Program-made: the position numbers and the translations under genes
Origin: Spirochaetaceae bacterium
Lineage (GTDB): Bacteria; Spirochaetota; Spirochaetia; DSM-2461
Reading direction: 5' to 3'
Assembly: GCA_051531975.1 (NCBI GenBank)
Contig: JAOPTT010000012.1
Span: forward strand, 1 to 64,000
DNA length: 64,000 nt
Part shown: in pieces, positions 1 to 10,259 of the stretch
How positions within the stretch are numbered: the stretch's first letter is position 1
Layout of the letters: every line of letters begins with the position of its first letter
The notes under the pieces: model-generated
Databases searched by the model: none
What the model was told of the DNA's origin: nothing
The model's input: only the letters and a program-made list of their open reading frames with translations

Positions 1-1790
1 AGTAGCTTTGAAGTTAAATCTGAAGCCCTTACAGCTGCTTTTTTAATTAAATCTACGCAAACAAGACTCTTTTTATCTAGATTTCTTTGTGGCATAACTA
101 ATAATTGTGAGGCATTTAAAATTCCCCCAAGAACATTGTTGAAATCATGGGCAATACCACCGGCTAACTGACCGATTGCATCCATTCTATTGTTGTGGGC
201 TAACTGATCCTGTAGTTTATAGTTTTCTGTCACATTATAAATCTGAATTACAGCTCCTTCTATTACTTCAGCAATAAGTGGATAAATAATTATATTATTA
301 TATGAGAGACTCTTATCAGTGTTTAATATTTCAACTGTTTCATTTATTATATTTCCGGTATTTATACTTTCGAAAACTTTATACATCTGCTCTTCCATTT
401 CAGGTAAAAGAGATGATATAAGTTTTCCTTTTGCCTCAATTGATGAAACTGTTGTAATATTCTCTGCAGTTTTATTCCATTGAGTTATATACCCATTTTT
501 ATCAACACTGACTAAAATGGAGGGCATAGAGTCAATAATGTTTGATAGTGATATCTGGAGCTCATTTATTCTGTTTTCAGCCCTATTCAACTCATTAATT
601 TGATTATTTAAGACTTCATTTACTTTTATTAGTTCATTTGTCCTTGAAGAGACTCTATTTTCCAGATGGTCAATATTATCCTGTAGTGTAATTGTCATAG
701 AATTAAAGGTGTCAGCTAATAATCCTAATTCATTTTTAGTATGGATATTAGCCCGAACAGATAAATCTCCAGATTTAATTTTTTCTGCAACCCTTGTTAA
801 CTCCCTAAGTGGAGATGTTATGCTATATGATAAAAACTTAACAATTAAATAAAAACTCATAAGTGATATAACTAATAATATGATAATTATTATCTGTATT
901 TTTTCCACATTTTGTTGAGTCTGAGTTTCAGCTTTATTAAAGTCCTCTTTAGTTTGACTGGATATTTCATTGGCAATAGAACGCATTTTAGGTCCAAGGA
1001 TATTGATGTTTTTATTAACTAAATTATTAATTGTATCGGTAATCTCTTTATATTCAAATAATCCGTCTCTATATAAGTATATTGTATTTCTAGTATCAAT
1101 TGCCAATTCTAACTGTTTAGGATTCTTCTCTAAATCTATCATTTTATTAAATATACTTATCAGGATTATTAGCTCATCAAAAGTTGAATAGGCCCAATGA
1201 TCATCACTATTTGTAGAATATTGTAGGATATAACTTTTAATAAGTGAAATATGATACTGTGCACTGTTTAAAAGAGTAAGTTTATCACTATTATTGGTAA
1301 ATATTGTATTTTCACCTAACCGTGCTAATTTACTGGTTATTAATGTATCCTGTATAGTTAAAACTTCATTATTTAGTATAATTTTTGTATTGTTTAAATT
1401 GTTAATATTTGAGAAGTTTGAGGCATAATCCAATTGTAACTCTCTGATTTCATCTATCATTATTATTCTTTCTGAATCATCTGTTAACTTCTGGTAGTTA
1501 TTCAGGATATCTTTGAGACTTAGCATAGAGTTGGTATATTTTGCTAAATCTAATCTTAAATTATTTTCAATATATTCATTGGCAAAATATTGATTTTCCC
1601 ACTCAAGTGCTATAATTTTATTTGTCACTTGTTGTTCTTCTGCCAATTTATCGACTAGTTGTATTACGGTTCGGTTAATTTTATTAACTCCAAATAGGGC
1701 TATCAAACCTGTTCCAATAAGTAATATAAGTAGTATTAAATAAGCAATTGCAATCTTACTTCTTACCGACAGGTTCCTAATGTGTATCAT
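1..1790 (-). CDS. Membrane sensor histidine kinase (periplasmic sensor-HAMP-PAS-HisKA), partial; runs off the window start
   Basis: Not in ORF track. ATG at 1790 gives MIHIRNLSVRSKIAIAYLILLILLIGTG (TM). The same frame gives the H-box DAIGQLAGGIAHDFNNVLGG at ~182-121. The start overlaps the upstream stop (TAATG). Confidence 0.88.
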   Translation of the reverse strand, partial: MIHIRNLSVRSKIAIAYLILLILLIGTGLIALFGVNKINRTVIQLVDKLAEEQQVTNKIIALEWENQYFANEYIENNLRLDLAKYTNSMLSLKDILNNYQKLTDDSERIIMIDEIRELQLDYASNFSNINNLNNTKIILNNEVLTIQDTLITSKLARLGENTIFTNNSDKLTLLNSAQYHISLIKSYILQYSTNSDDHWAYSTFDELIILISIFNKMIDLEKNPKQLELAIDTRNTIYLYRDGLFEYKEITDTINNLVNKNINILGPKMRSIANEISSQTKEDFNKAETQTQQNVEKIQIIIIILLVISLMSFYLIVKFLSYSITSPLRELTRVAEKIKSGDLSVRANIHTKNELGLLADTFNSMTITLQDNIDHLENRVSSRTNELIKVNEVLNNQINELNRAENRINELQISLSNIIDSMPSILVSVDKNGYITQWNKTAENITTVSSIEAKGKLISSLLPEMEEQMYKVFESINTGNIINETVEILNTDKSLSYNNIIIYPLIAEVIEGAVIQIYNVTENYKLQDQLAHNNRMDAIGQLAGGIAHDFNNVLGGILNASQLLVMPQRNLDKKSLVCVDLIKKAAVRASDLTSKL

Positions 1791-3442
1791 TATTTATTAT
1801 CTACCCACTGGGAATCGTATGCACTTTGATAAAGGGATATATAACGGTCTATACCCAGGGACTTTAGTCTGCTTAAATATTTATTCCACTCAACATCCGA
1901 TGTAATATCTGCTAAACCCAAAATAAAGCTTGTCTCCATCTCCTTTACATAAGTTGTCAAAATATTCTGTAGATGACTTACTTCGTCGGCGACATCAGAA
2001 TTAAAATTGATTAGAGGAATAATTTTATCGATACTTTGCGAATATGGCTCCATTTTTTCTACTGTCTCTTTGTATATTATAGCTTCCATATTTGGTTCTG
2101 TTCCTTCAACTGCTTGACCTAACCTAAGTTCTGAAGATCTATAGTTTATAGCTGCCTGTCCCCAATGTAGCTTTGTAACCTCTCCAAAGGTTAATAAATG
2201 TCGCCATATGGCAGGTTTGCCATTTATACCTAATACATCAGACTCAGCCCAATCCCAAGCAATCCCTTCAGGCCCAATAGTACTTCTTAATGTTGTTTCT
2301 AAATTATATAATTCATCGGCCCACCTGAATGCAAGTTCCGGTTCTTTACTGTATCCAGAAATAATAAATTGGCCGTGTTCAAAATTCATTGGAATATTTC
2401 TAGGTGTAACCCTTTGTCCACTAGGGCCCAATAAAGGTGGGAGCACCACATAATCAAGCCATCTTCCTGAACCTGAAGATATAGTTGAGAATGAATTAAA
2501 TCCTCCAGCTATTGCTACACCTAATCTGTTATATTCCCCATCCTCGGTAAGGGAATTCATATATTCATTAACATTAGTAAAACTTGATTCTTCAAGTAAT
2601 CCTAATCTATTCAATCTGTTAAGATATGTTAATGCCTGTCGCCACCCATCAGTCACTACTGCTGAAGTAATCTTTCCACTATCCAATAATAGATAGCGAT
2701 TATTATTAAATTGTTCAGAATAAACAAAGGGATTCATTAAAAACCCATCCAGATTTGTATTCCATCTGGTAGTTGATGAGACGATAGGAACTTCATCTTT
2801 TAATCCATTTCTATTTGGGTCGGAATTTTTAAATTCTGATAAAACTGTTACAAATTCTTCTGTTGTTTCTGGCATTTCCAGACCAAGTTCATCTAGCCAT
2901 CTTTTATTTATCCATGCTTTTTGGGATAGGGAACAGTGGTAACATTCATTTACACTAGGCAGGGCATAGATCTTATTGTTTGGTAATGTTATAAGTTCTT
3001 CTAAATAAGGTGTCTTATCAAAAACGTTTTTAATGTTTTCACCATATAGTTTTATATTGTCATTTAGTTCTAGAAATATCCCCGATTTCCCATATATTAT
3101 TTGTGTTGATGGAGGTATCTTCATATTCATATATATATCAGGGAAATTCCCACTTGCTATAATTTTATCCAATTCTGTTGCAGAACTACCAAAAGGGATT
3201 ACGGTAATATCTAAATGAACATTTGTTTTCTCTTCATACCACTTAGTAAATTCATTATTTACAAAATCTTCAACTAGATCATCATCTCTTTTCTGAATGA
3301 CTATTTTTAAAGTTTTTTTATCTTTTGTAAGTGGAAACTTTCCTGGTTCTGATAAAATATTTTTATCGGGTATCTCTGTTTTAGAGCAACCCAACAAAAA
3401 TAAAAGTGAACATATAACTAATAATATTTTTTTAATTACCAT
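1790..3442 (-). CDS. Extracellular solute-binding lipoprotein (family 1, sugar-type)
   Basis: Lipobox LLGC; motifs IYALP, WINKRWLDELGLEMPETTEEF, DPNRNGLKDEVP typical of LplA-like carbohydrate SBPs. Confidence 0.88.
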   Translation of the reverse strand: MVIKKILLVICSLLFLLGCSKTEIPDKNILSEPGKFPLTKDKKTLKIVIQKRDDDLVEDFVNNEFTKWYEEKTNVHLDITVIPFGSSATELDKIIASGNFPDIYMNMKIPPSTQIIYGKSGIFLELNDNIKLYGENIKNVFDKTPYLEELITLPNNKIYALPSVNECYHCSLSQKAWINKRWLDELGLEMPETTEEFVTVLSEFKNSDPNRNGLKDEVPIVSSTTRWNTNLDGFLMNPFVYSEQFNNNRYLLLDSGKITSAVVTDGWRQALTYLNRLNRLGLLEESSFTNVNEYMNSLTEDGEYNRLGVAIAGGFNSFSTISSGSGRWLDYVVLPPLLGPSGQRVTPRNIPMNFEHGQFIISGYSKEPELAFRWADELYNLETTLRSTIGPEGIAWDWAESDVLGINGKPAIWRHLLTFGEVTKLHWGQAAINYRSSELRLGQAVEGTEPNMEAIIYKETVEKMEPYSQSIDKIIPLINFNSDVADEVSHLQNILTTYVKEMETSFILGLADITSDVEWNKYLSRLKSLGIDRYISLYQSAYDSQWVDNK

Positions 3443-3616
3443 TCTTCCCTCGTAAATAGATTGTAAACAATATACTTATTATAACATATTCGCTGGATAA
3501 ATGTATTTTATTAGAAAAAAATCACAGTTAGGTTTATGGAGAATACCCAACATTTCTATATTTTTATGAATTGAGATACATTAATTCTAATAATTGTGAC
3601 ACTTCGATTTTCCATG

Positions 3617-3646
3617 TTGACTTAATTCCTACTTTGCAGGTATGCT
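3617..3646 (+). promoter_or_regulatory. Sigma70-like promoter (TTGACT-18-TATGCT) overlapped by candidate Rrf2/CymR box ATTCCTACTTTGCAGGTATG
   Basis: Read directly. The box resembles two sites in the sir/rrf2 intergenic region. Confidence 0.55.
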
Positions 3647-3676
3647 AGGTATGAATTAAAGATTTAGGAGAATTAT

Positions 3677-5023
3677 GTGAGTAGTTTAGCAATTATATGG
3701 TTAGGGGCGTTTATCGTTCTTTTAGTAGGTTTAGGTTATTTAAAAAGTAAATTAAAATTATCTTTTTCTATAAGAGTTTTTATAGCAATGGTTCTAGGTA
3801 TCGCACTAGGGCTTGGAATATATTTTAGCGCAGAACCTGAAATTACAGGACAAGTTAGAAAGTGGTTTGCATTAGTAGGTTATGGATATATTGATCTATT
3901 AAAGATGTTAATTATACCACTAGTACCGGCTAGTATTATTTCAGGTATATTAAAATTAAGTGATACAAATGAATTAAAAACAATGGGTTTAAAAACAATT
4001 CTTCTGTTTTTAATAACTGCAATAGCTGCAAGTATCATAGGAATTTTTATAGCTTCTTTATTAGGTGTAGGAAACGGAGTTGTTATTGGTGAATTAAAGG
4101 CGAGGGAGCCTAATTCAGTCGTTGATCTTTTTTCTAAGTTCAGAGGTTTTATCCCTTCTAATCCAGTTAAATCAGCAGTTGATATGAAAATTATACCATT
4201 AGTTGTATTTTCAATTTTAATTGGTATTGCAGCAGTTATAGAAGCTGGAAAGGATAGTATTAAAGTAGAGCCATTTAAAGCTTTTATAGACTCTTTTTTA
4301 GTAATAGTTACAAGATTAACAAAATTAGTAATTAAGTTAACTCCTTATGGTGTCTTAGGTTTAACATCTTATTGGTTATCTAATTCAGGTTTAAGTGCAA
4401 TAAAAGGATTAGCTGTTTTTGTTGTAGGAATAGTTATAGCTTGTTTAATACAGGTACTATTTGTCTATGGTGGACTGTTATTTGGTATTGCAAAAGTTAA
4501 TCCATTTAAATTTTATAGAGCAGCATTTCCAGCTATTTTGTTGGCATTTACAAGTAGATCTAGTTTAGGAACTTTAACTTTAACAATAAATACAATGATA
4601 AACAGATTAAAAGTTAAACCTAGAGTAGCAAACTTTGTTGGACCAATTGGTGCAGTTATGAATATGGATGCATGTGGTGGAATATTCCCTGCAGTTGTAT
4701 CTATTTTTGCAGCAAATGCATTTGGGGTTGAATTATCTCTTCTTCAGTATGTTTTAATTGTTATAGTATCAGTTTTCGCTAGTGTTGGTAGTGCCGCAGT
4801 ACCTATGGGTGCAACTGCATTTACAATCATAACTTTAACTACAGTAGGACTTCCAGTAGAAGCTGTTGGATTAGTAGCCGGTGTAGACTTCTTAGTTGAT
4901 ATGTTTAGAACAGCTACAAATGTAACAGGGGATTTAACAGCATCTGTTGTTATTGGAAATACTCTAGGTGAATTTGATAGAGAGGCTTTTGAAGCCCAGG
5001 ATTTTAAAGATTTAAAAGATTAA
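3677..5023 (+). CDS. tcyP: Dicarboxylate/amino acid:cation symporter, TcyP-like L-cystine transporter
   Basis: DAACS motifs AFTSRSSLGTL and NMDACGGIFPA. The N-terminal SFSIRVFIA...WFALVGYGYIDLLKM pattern resembles TcyP. Confidence 0.75.
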   Translation: MSSLAIIWLGAFIVLLVGLGYLKSKLKLSFSIRVFIAMVLGIALGLGIYFSAEPEITGQVRKWFALVGYGYIDLLKMLIIPLVPASIISGILKLSDTNELKTMGLKTILLFLITAIAASIIGIFIASLLGVGNGVVIGELKAREPNSVVDLFSKFRGFIPSNPVKSAVDMKIIPLVVFSILIGIAAVIEAGKDSIKVEPFKAFIDSFLVIVTRLTKLVIKLTPYGVLGLTSYWLSNSGLSAIKGLAVFVVGIVIACLIQVLFVYGGLLFGIAKVNPFKFYRAAFPAILLAFTSRSSLGTLTLTINTMINRLKVKPRVANFVGPIGAVMNMDACGGIFPAVVSIFAANAFGVELSLLQYVLIVIVSVFASVGSAAVPMGATAFTIITLTTVGLPVEAVGLVAGVDFLVDMFRTATNVTGDLTASVVIGNTLGEFDREAFEAQDFKDLKD

Positions 5024-5042
5024 AATATTAGTAACATTTTAT

Positions 5043-5070
5043 AAAGCCTCTGTAATGGAGGCTTTTTCTT
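5043..5070. terminator. Bidirectional intrinsic terminator
   Basis: AAAGCCTC-tgtaatg-GAGGCTTT followed by T-rich tract, between convergent genes. Confidence 0.8.
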
Positions 5071-5074
5071 ATTT

Positions 5075-5605
5075 CTATTCTAAGTTCATTCTATAAATTA
5101 TTTTTTTATTTGGGATATCCCATATCTCCATAATATATTGTTTATCACTTTTTTTTAATTTATTTAACCGAGGGTATACTTTTAATAAACCTATCAATAC
5201 CGAAAGTTTACCTTTGTATTGAAATTCAACAATTAAGTATTTTTTATTTTCTATAACCTTAGTTTTATATAACTTCTCAATATCTTCAATTCTATCTTTA
5301 TCATCATCTTCTAATATACAACCAATATCTGATCTTAGATTTTCTTTTGATACATTTTGTGGGTTATCGTAGTAGATTCCAGCGCCCTTATATGTTGTAA
5401 TATTCAACTTATTAATAAGATCCCAATATACCTGATCAGAAACAGTACCACTTTGGCTATAATCACCTTTCATAAAATTGTAAACTAATGTTTCCCCGCC
5501 AGATATTTCTTCTTTAGGTACTATTTTTTTTAATCCACCATAGTATATAAAATTAATTAACACAAATAATAAAACAAAACATAAAACTATTATAAAAACT
5601 TTCAT
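5075..5605 (-). CDS. Membrane-anchored GyrI-like small-molecule-binding protein
   Basis: N-terminal TM; KGDYS, GIYYDNP, LRSDIGC, MEIW motifs. Confidence 0.7.
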   Translation of the reverse strand: MKVFIIVLCFVLLFVLINFIYYGGLKKIVPKEEISGGETLVYNFMKGDYSQSGTVSDQVYWDLINKLNITTYKGAGIYYDNPQNVSKENLRSDIGCILEDDDKDRIEDIEKLYKTKVIENKKYLIVEFQYKGKLSVLIGLLKVYPRLNKLKKSDKQYIMEIWDIPNKKIIYRMNLE

Positions 5606-5665
5606 AATTAACTCCTAAATAAAGAGTAAAATAGTTTAAGTTTTTATACTTTCCATATCCTGCTA

Positions 5666-6511
5666 TTATAATTTTACAATTGGTAGATTTAATCTAGCTT
5701 TAAAATAATCTTTTTTTAGAGTGATAGTTGGAAGGTACTCTTCAAAATGTGGGCTATCTCCTGGTCTATATCTTTTATTAGTTATCCATGTTTTTATTAT
5801 AAAGTCCCAGGCAATAACAAAGTCTTTGCTATAACCCTCAAATAGGTAGACAGCACATTTGTTTGGGCTTAGAGTTTTTTTATTAAAATTATTAGTATCT
5901 AGGTTTAGATCTTTTTTAAAGGATATGCATGCATCGTATCTGCATTTCTTATGGGAAATGTAGTCTGGATCATCATATCCTATTCCTATACTTCTAACGT
6001 CGGCAAACTTTACTTTGTTTATTTTTATAAAGTTTAATAATTCCTTAAATGATGCCTGAATATTAGTGGTATTATACCCATCGGATACTCTTCTATATAT
6101 TACTTCCATATCTGGTATGTCTTTTAAACCTAAGAATTTTAGTGATAAATTATTAGGGTTTGAAATTTTTGATATTATACTGCTTCTGCTTTTTCTAATA
6201 AATGATGGGCTGGTATTGTAGTATTTTCTAAAATCTCTAGTAAAATTGGCGCTACTACTATAACCGTAGTTAAAGGCAATTGAAGTTATTGGGTCGTTAC
6301 TTATTATTAAATTCCTATATGTTTTCCCCATTCTTAGCCGACCAATATATTGGTTTACTGTTTCATTTGTTATGCTTTTAAATATTCTATGAAAGTGATA
6401 TTCAGAGAATGCAGATACTTCTGCAAGCTCTTTAGTAGTTATTCTTGTATCGAAATTCTCCTCGATATAATCTATTGCTAGGTTTACTTTGTTAATATAA
6501 AAACTATTCAT
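5666..6511 (-). CDS. AraC-family regulator with C-terminal GyrI-like effector domain
   Basis: FSEYHFHRIFK and GYSSSANFTRDFR HTH motifs; GIGYDDP..CRYDAC..PHFEEY. Confidence 0.92.
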   Translation of the reverse strand: MNSFYINKVNLAIDYIEENFDTRITTKELAEVSAFSEYHFHRIFKSITNETVNQYIGRLRMGKTYRNLIISNDPITSIAFNYGYSSSANFTRDFRKYYNTSPSFIRKSRSSIISKISNPNNLSLKFLGLKDIPDMEVIYRRVSDGYNTTNIQASFKELLNFIKINKVKFADVRSIGIGYDDPDYISHKKCRYDACISFKKDLNLDTNNFNKKTLSPNKCAVYLFEGYSKDFVIAWDFIIKTWITNKRYRPGDSPHFEEYLPTITLKKDYFKARLNLPIVKL

Positions 6512-6617
6512 TATACCTCGTTCTACATTAATTAGTTACAAATAATAAGATAGTTTAATATGGTTTTAATAATTTAACCAGTTTTATCTTTTAATGTAGA
6601 AGCTAGAAATATTAGAT

Positions 6618-7811
6618 TTAATTCTTGTATATACAAATACCTATACCAAGATTTACACCTTCATCAATCTGTTTCCCTAATAGATATCCTTCAGTTTTAT
6701 ATCCTAAATTAAATGTTATTCCAATATTTTCAGTTACTTTTAATTGGCTAATAATTTCAGCAGAGATACCGTTGTCATATAGTTCTTGTTCCCATACCTC
6801 AATTATAACATCAGACTTAAACTGTTTATAGCTAATAATATCATTCATAGATAGACCTAAACCAATATTATCAAATGGTCTTCCATATTTTAGATATAAA
6901 CCAAATTGTCTATTATTTATATGAAGGTAGTTTTGCATATATAGTTCATAACCTAAAGGTGAAACATTAAACAGTGTACTATAAGTCCACCCTGTATCGT
7001 AATCACCAATAAGAAATATAGGCTTCCTTATTTTTGAGGAATCACCAAAAGAAGCACCAATTTCCCTATAGAATTGAGGGTCTAAAAATTGAAATGCAAT
7101 TGCTAAAATTTGTGCTTCATAATAGAAACTTACAATATCCGGATTTACTGTACCATCATCCAATATTACTTCATCTTCAGAGTAGTTTTCAAATACTGGT
7201 AGGATGAAATGTACAGGGTCCCCAGCAGTATCGACCCATACATCTTCCTCAGTGGGATCAATATTTACAATTAATGTCGTGTATATTGGGTACATTAATC
7301 TATTAGCAAATGAGAAACCTAAATCATTGTTGGATATTCCATTTTGTCTAATAAAAGTAGATTGTATGTTTCTCACATTTAGATAATTTACCTCAAAGCC
7401 CCCAGTTACAAAAATGGCTTCATCTACTAAAGATATATCATCTGGTAAGTCAGCTGTTGTATAGGGTACAGGGAGATCAAAATTGTGGATATTAAATGTA
7501 CCACCAACCTGTTCTGCCCTTAGGAAATGCCCCATTTCATGGGACCATAACATTGTAAGATATGCAGATGAAAATGAGAATAAACTTTTTGTTATACTAC
7601 CAACTATAGGTTTAAGTTTTGATGTTACAAGGGAATCAAATCCATTGGTTAATAAACGATTAGTACTTATTGCATTAGTTGATAAATTCCTTAAGTCGTA
7701 ATTATTATAAATTCCAAACTCATAAGCTTTTTCCCAAGAGTTATCCTGTGTAAAACCATTAAAATTAACTATTAACAGATAAATTATACTAATTACTATT
7801 TTATTTCTCAT
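6618..7811 (-). CDS. Exported hypothetical protein with HExxH motif, possible C-terminal beta-barrel
   Basis: Signal peptide; WSHEMGHFLRA; alternating hydrophobic C-terminus (GITFNLGYK, GVNLGIGICIY). Confidence 0.6.
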   Translation of the reverse strand: MRNKIVISIIYLLIVNFNGFTQDNSWEKAYEFGIYNNYDLRNLSTNAISTNRLLTNGFDSLVTSKLKPIVGSITKSLFSFSSAYLTMLWSHEMGHFLRAEQVGGTFNIHNFDLPVPYTTADLPDDISLVDEAIFVTGGFEVNYLNVRNIQSTFIRQNGISNNDLGFSFANRLMYPIYTTLIVNIDPTEEDVWVDTAGDPVHFILPVFENYSEDEVILDDGTVNPDIVSFYYEAQILAIAFQFLDPQFYREIGASFGDSSKIRKPIFLIGDYDTGWTYSTLFNVSPLGYELYMQNYLHINNRQFGLYLKYGRPFDNIGLGLSMNDIISYKQFKSDVIIEVWEQELYDNGISAEIISQLKVTENIGITFNLGYKTEGYLLGKQIDEGVNLGIGICIYKN

Positions 7812-9276
7812 TTTGTACCACTTTTTTTGATTTTGATGTGCTGATTTTATAGACTATTGAGTAGATGAAAAGTAACAACGTTAGAATCATAATTATTATA
7901 GGGAAGAGTTCACCAATTACTGAATATATTGTTTTAGTTCCTTTTATGTAAACAGTACCTTTAATTGATTTGGAACTTGAGTTATACCAGTTTTCTTCTG
8001 AAATTATTCTTCCTTTATTATCAGCGATTAGAGATAAACCCATAGAGGCTGGATGGATGGTTGATGATCCGTTTTCTATACCTCTAAATACTGCCATCTC
8101 TGCGTGTACTGGAATGATCTGGCTCCATTCGTTAGCTGGAGAAAATAGAATATCTACACTGTTTCTACCTGTTTGACTAACGGCACCTGGAAAGTCCATA
8201 TCCCAGCATATAACAGATGATATTCTTCCAAATTCGGTATCTGTAAATTTTATGATTCCATCTCCTTTTAAAGATCCCTCAAAAACATTTCCACCATATT
8301 TTGTATGGTTTAATAATGTTGCACCAGTTGGACTATACATTTTAAGTTTGTTTTCAAAGGGACCATTATCATTAGTGATAATGTAGGGAATAATTAAATG
8401 TATGTTTAATTCATCAGCAATTTTTGAAAACTTGATATCTTTGTTATTAAAATCGACATCACTACTAATAACTGCAGCTTCTGGCCAGCTGATCATCATA
8501 TATCCATCTTTTGCTAGAACTTTTGTCTCTTCAATATATAATTCGATTAATTCATCTGCAAGTTTATATTTATTTGAATCATCTGATGACATTATTGAAT
8601 ATAGAGTGATTTGTGGGTGGACTTTAAAGATACCAGCAACCTTAACTTTTTCAGCTTCTGATTCATTAAAATATGAGAATACACCAAAGATATATATTGC
8701 CAATAATATAGAAAAGTATACAATCACAGGTTTTTTACTCCTCTTCTCCCACATATGATTAACAACAGAAGAGAACCAATTTATTACAAATGTCAGACCC
8801 ATAATTCCTGTAATACTTACTAGCTGAATAAAAAACTTATTATCAAATTGGCTGTAGGCCAGTGAACCAAAGCTACCCATTGGATTTCCAGTAATAAACA
8901 TATACTCTAGAAAAGTTGCAAAAATTGGAAAAACAAGAGTTGATAAAAACTTAGGAACTTTTTTATACAACAGACGATCCCCTACTAGAGGTAATACTGT
9001 AAAACAAGTTGTAATTAACATTGTAATTGCGTAACTAATAAAATTAAGTGGTTGAATCCCATACCATGATATTAAAGTAACTATCCATGTAATTATTACT
9101 GTTATTAAATACCGACTTAAAATTTTACCTGTTCTAAAAAATCTAATAAAAAAAATTGTTGGAAACCAGGCTGCCATCCAAAAATTAAATTTCCCACCAG
9201 TAAAAAGTAGAAATATTGAACCTACTAATAACAATGTTACTGAATAACCTTTTGAATCTTGATTGAACTTTTTCAT
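7801..9276 (-). CDS. Apolipoprotein N-acyltransferase-like membrane carbon-nitrogen hydrolase
   Basis: Multi-TM N-terminus, GSLAYSQ, catalytic E/K/C (WPEAA, HTKY, ICWD). Start reassigned to ATG 9276 behind AAGGAG. Confidence 0.8.
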   Translation of the reverse strand: MKKFNQDSKGYSVTLLLVGSIFLLFTGGKFNFWMAAWFPTIFFIRFFRTGKILSRYLITVIITWIVTLISWYGIQPLNFISYAITMLITTCFTVLPLVGDRLLYKKVPKFLSTLVFPIFATFLEYMFITGNPMGSFGSLAYSQFDNKFFIQLVSITGIMGLTFVINWFSSVVNHMWEKRSKKPVIVYFSILLAIYIFGVFSYFNESEAEKVKVAGIFKVHPQITLYSIMSSDDSNKYKLADELIELYIEETKVLAKDGYMMISWPEAAVISSDVDFNNKDIKFSKIADELNIHLIIPYIITNDNGPFENKLKMYSPTGATLLNHTKYGGNVFEGSLKGDGIIKFTDTEFGRISSVICWDMDFPGAVSQTGRNSVDILFSPANEWSQIIPVHAEMAVFRGIENGSSTIHPASMGLSLIADNKGRIISEENWYNSSSKSIKGTVYIKGTKTIYSVIGELFPIIIMILTLLLFIYSIVYKISTSKSKKVVQNEK

Positions 9277-9333
9277 AAAAATCTCCTTAACTAATATTGT
9301 TAAGGTTAAGTTAGATTTTTTTTTAAGACTATG

Positions 9334-9391
9334 TGACATTTGATACATTTTGTGTATTGTTAATTAGAAAAAGGGTATGACATTTGTCATA
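9334..9391. promoter_or_regulatory. Candidate LuxR-type operator: palindrome TATGACA-TT-TGTCATA (9376-9391) plus a second TGACATTTG copy (9334-9342)
   Basis: Read directly in the divergent intergenic region. Confidence 0.5.
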
Positions 9392-9411
9392 GATAGAGTT
9401 CTGAGGTAACT

Positions 9412-10212
9412 ATGAAAGAAAATAACATCATTTATTCACGAATAAAAAAAGAGTATAATATTAAAGTATTGATTCGAGAAATTATTCTATTTTTTTTGAT
9501 ATTTATATTCCATCTAAGTTTTCCTACAGCATTTGATGTTATACAATATCCTTTTTATTTTATGATGGCTCTTGTTTTGACAAGTATTATTATTTATCTG
9601 CCAGTATTGATAAAAATTAAACAACTAATGGTTGATTTTGATTCAAATCTTAAACAGATTGTAAAAATTGATAAGTATTACTTCTTAATTGGAAATCTAA
9701 CAATTGCAATATTAATGCCAGCTTTTGGTTCCCAGTTCGTAAATATATTCTGGTTTATAACTGTGATAAATTGTTGTATTATTTTTGTTTCTCCCTTTCA
9801 AAAAAGGAAATATATATATCCAGTTTTTCTGAGTCCTATAACATCTGTTATAATCCACTATCTTATATATTTTCCACAAGGAAAGTCCTTCCAGTTAATT
9901 GAGATTTGCTTTGCTGGGTTAATGTCATTTCTTTTATATTATACATATTCAAATATCAGCCAAAAGAAGTTATACAATAAAATACTTTTTAACGAAGAAG
10001 AGGTAATGAGTAAATTTTGTAGTTCTAAAAAACTTACTGATAGGGAACAGGATGTTCTTACAGCCATGTTAGAGGGGAAATCAACAAAACAGATTGGGCA
10101 AAAGCTATATATCTCTCCGGGAACTGCTAGAAATCATATCTCTAACATTTTTCAGAAGACAGATACCCACTCTAGAATGGAGTTATTCTCTGAGTTTAAT
10201 CGGTTATCTTGA
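9412..10212 (+). CDS. Membrane-bound LuxR-family (HTH_LuxR) transcriptional regulator
   Basis: Several TM segments, then LTDREQDVL...GKSTKQIGQKLYISPGTARNHISNIFQK. Confidence 0.9.
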   Translation: MKENNIIYSRIKKEYNIKVLIREIILFFLIFIFHLSFPTAFDVIQYPFYFMMALVLTSIIIYLPVLIKIKQLMVDFDSNLKQIVKIDKYYFLIGNLTIAILMPAFGSQFVNIFWFITVINCCIIFVSPFQKRKYIYPVFLSPITSVIIHYLIYFPQGKSFQLIEICFAGLMSFLLYYTYSNISQKKLYNKILFNEEEVMSKFCSSKKLTDREQDVLTAMLEGKSTKQIGQKLYISPGTARNHISNIFQKTDTHSRMELFSEFNRLS

Positions 10213-10214
10213 TA

Positions 10215-10256
10215 TACCAGCCGAAAATAATTAAACATAATTACATCGGCTGTTAT
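10215..10256. terminator. Imperfect hairpin between convergent luxR-like and sir genes
   Basis: CAGCCGA...TAATT-loop-AATTA...TCGGCTG. Confidence 0.4.
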
Positions 10257-10259
10257 ATA

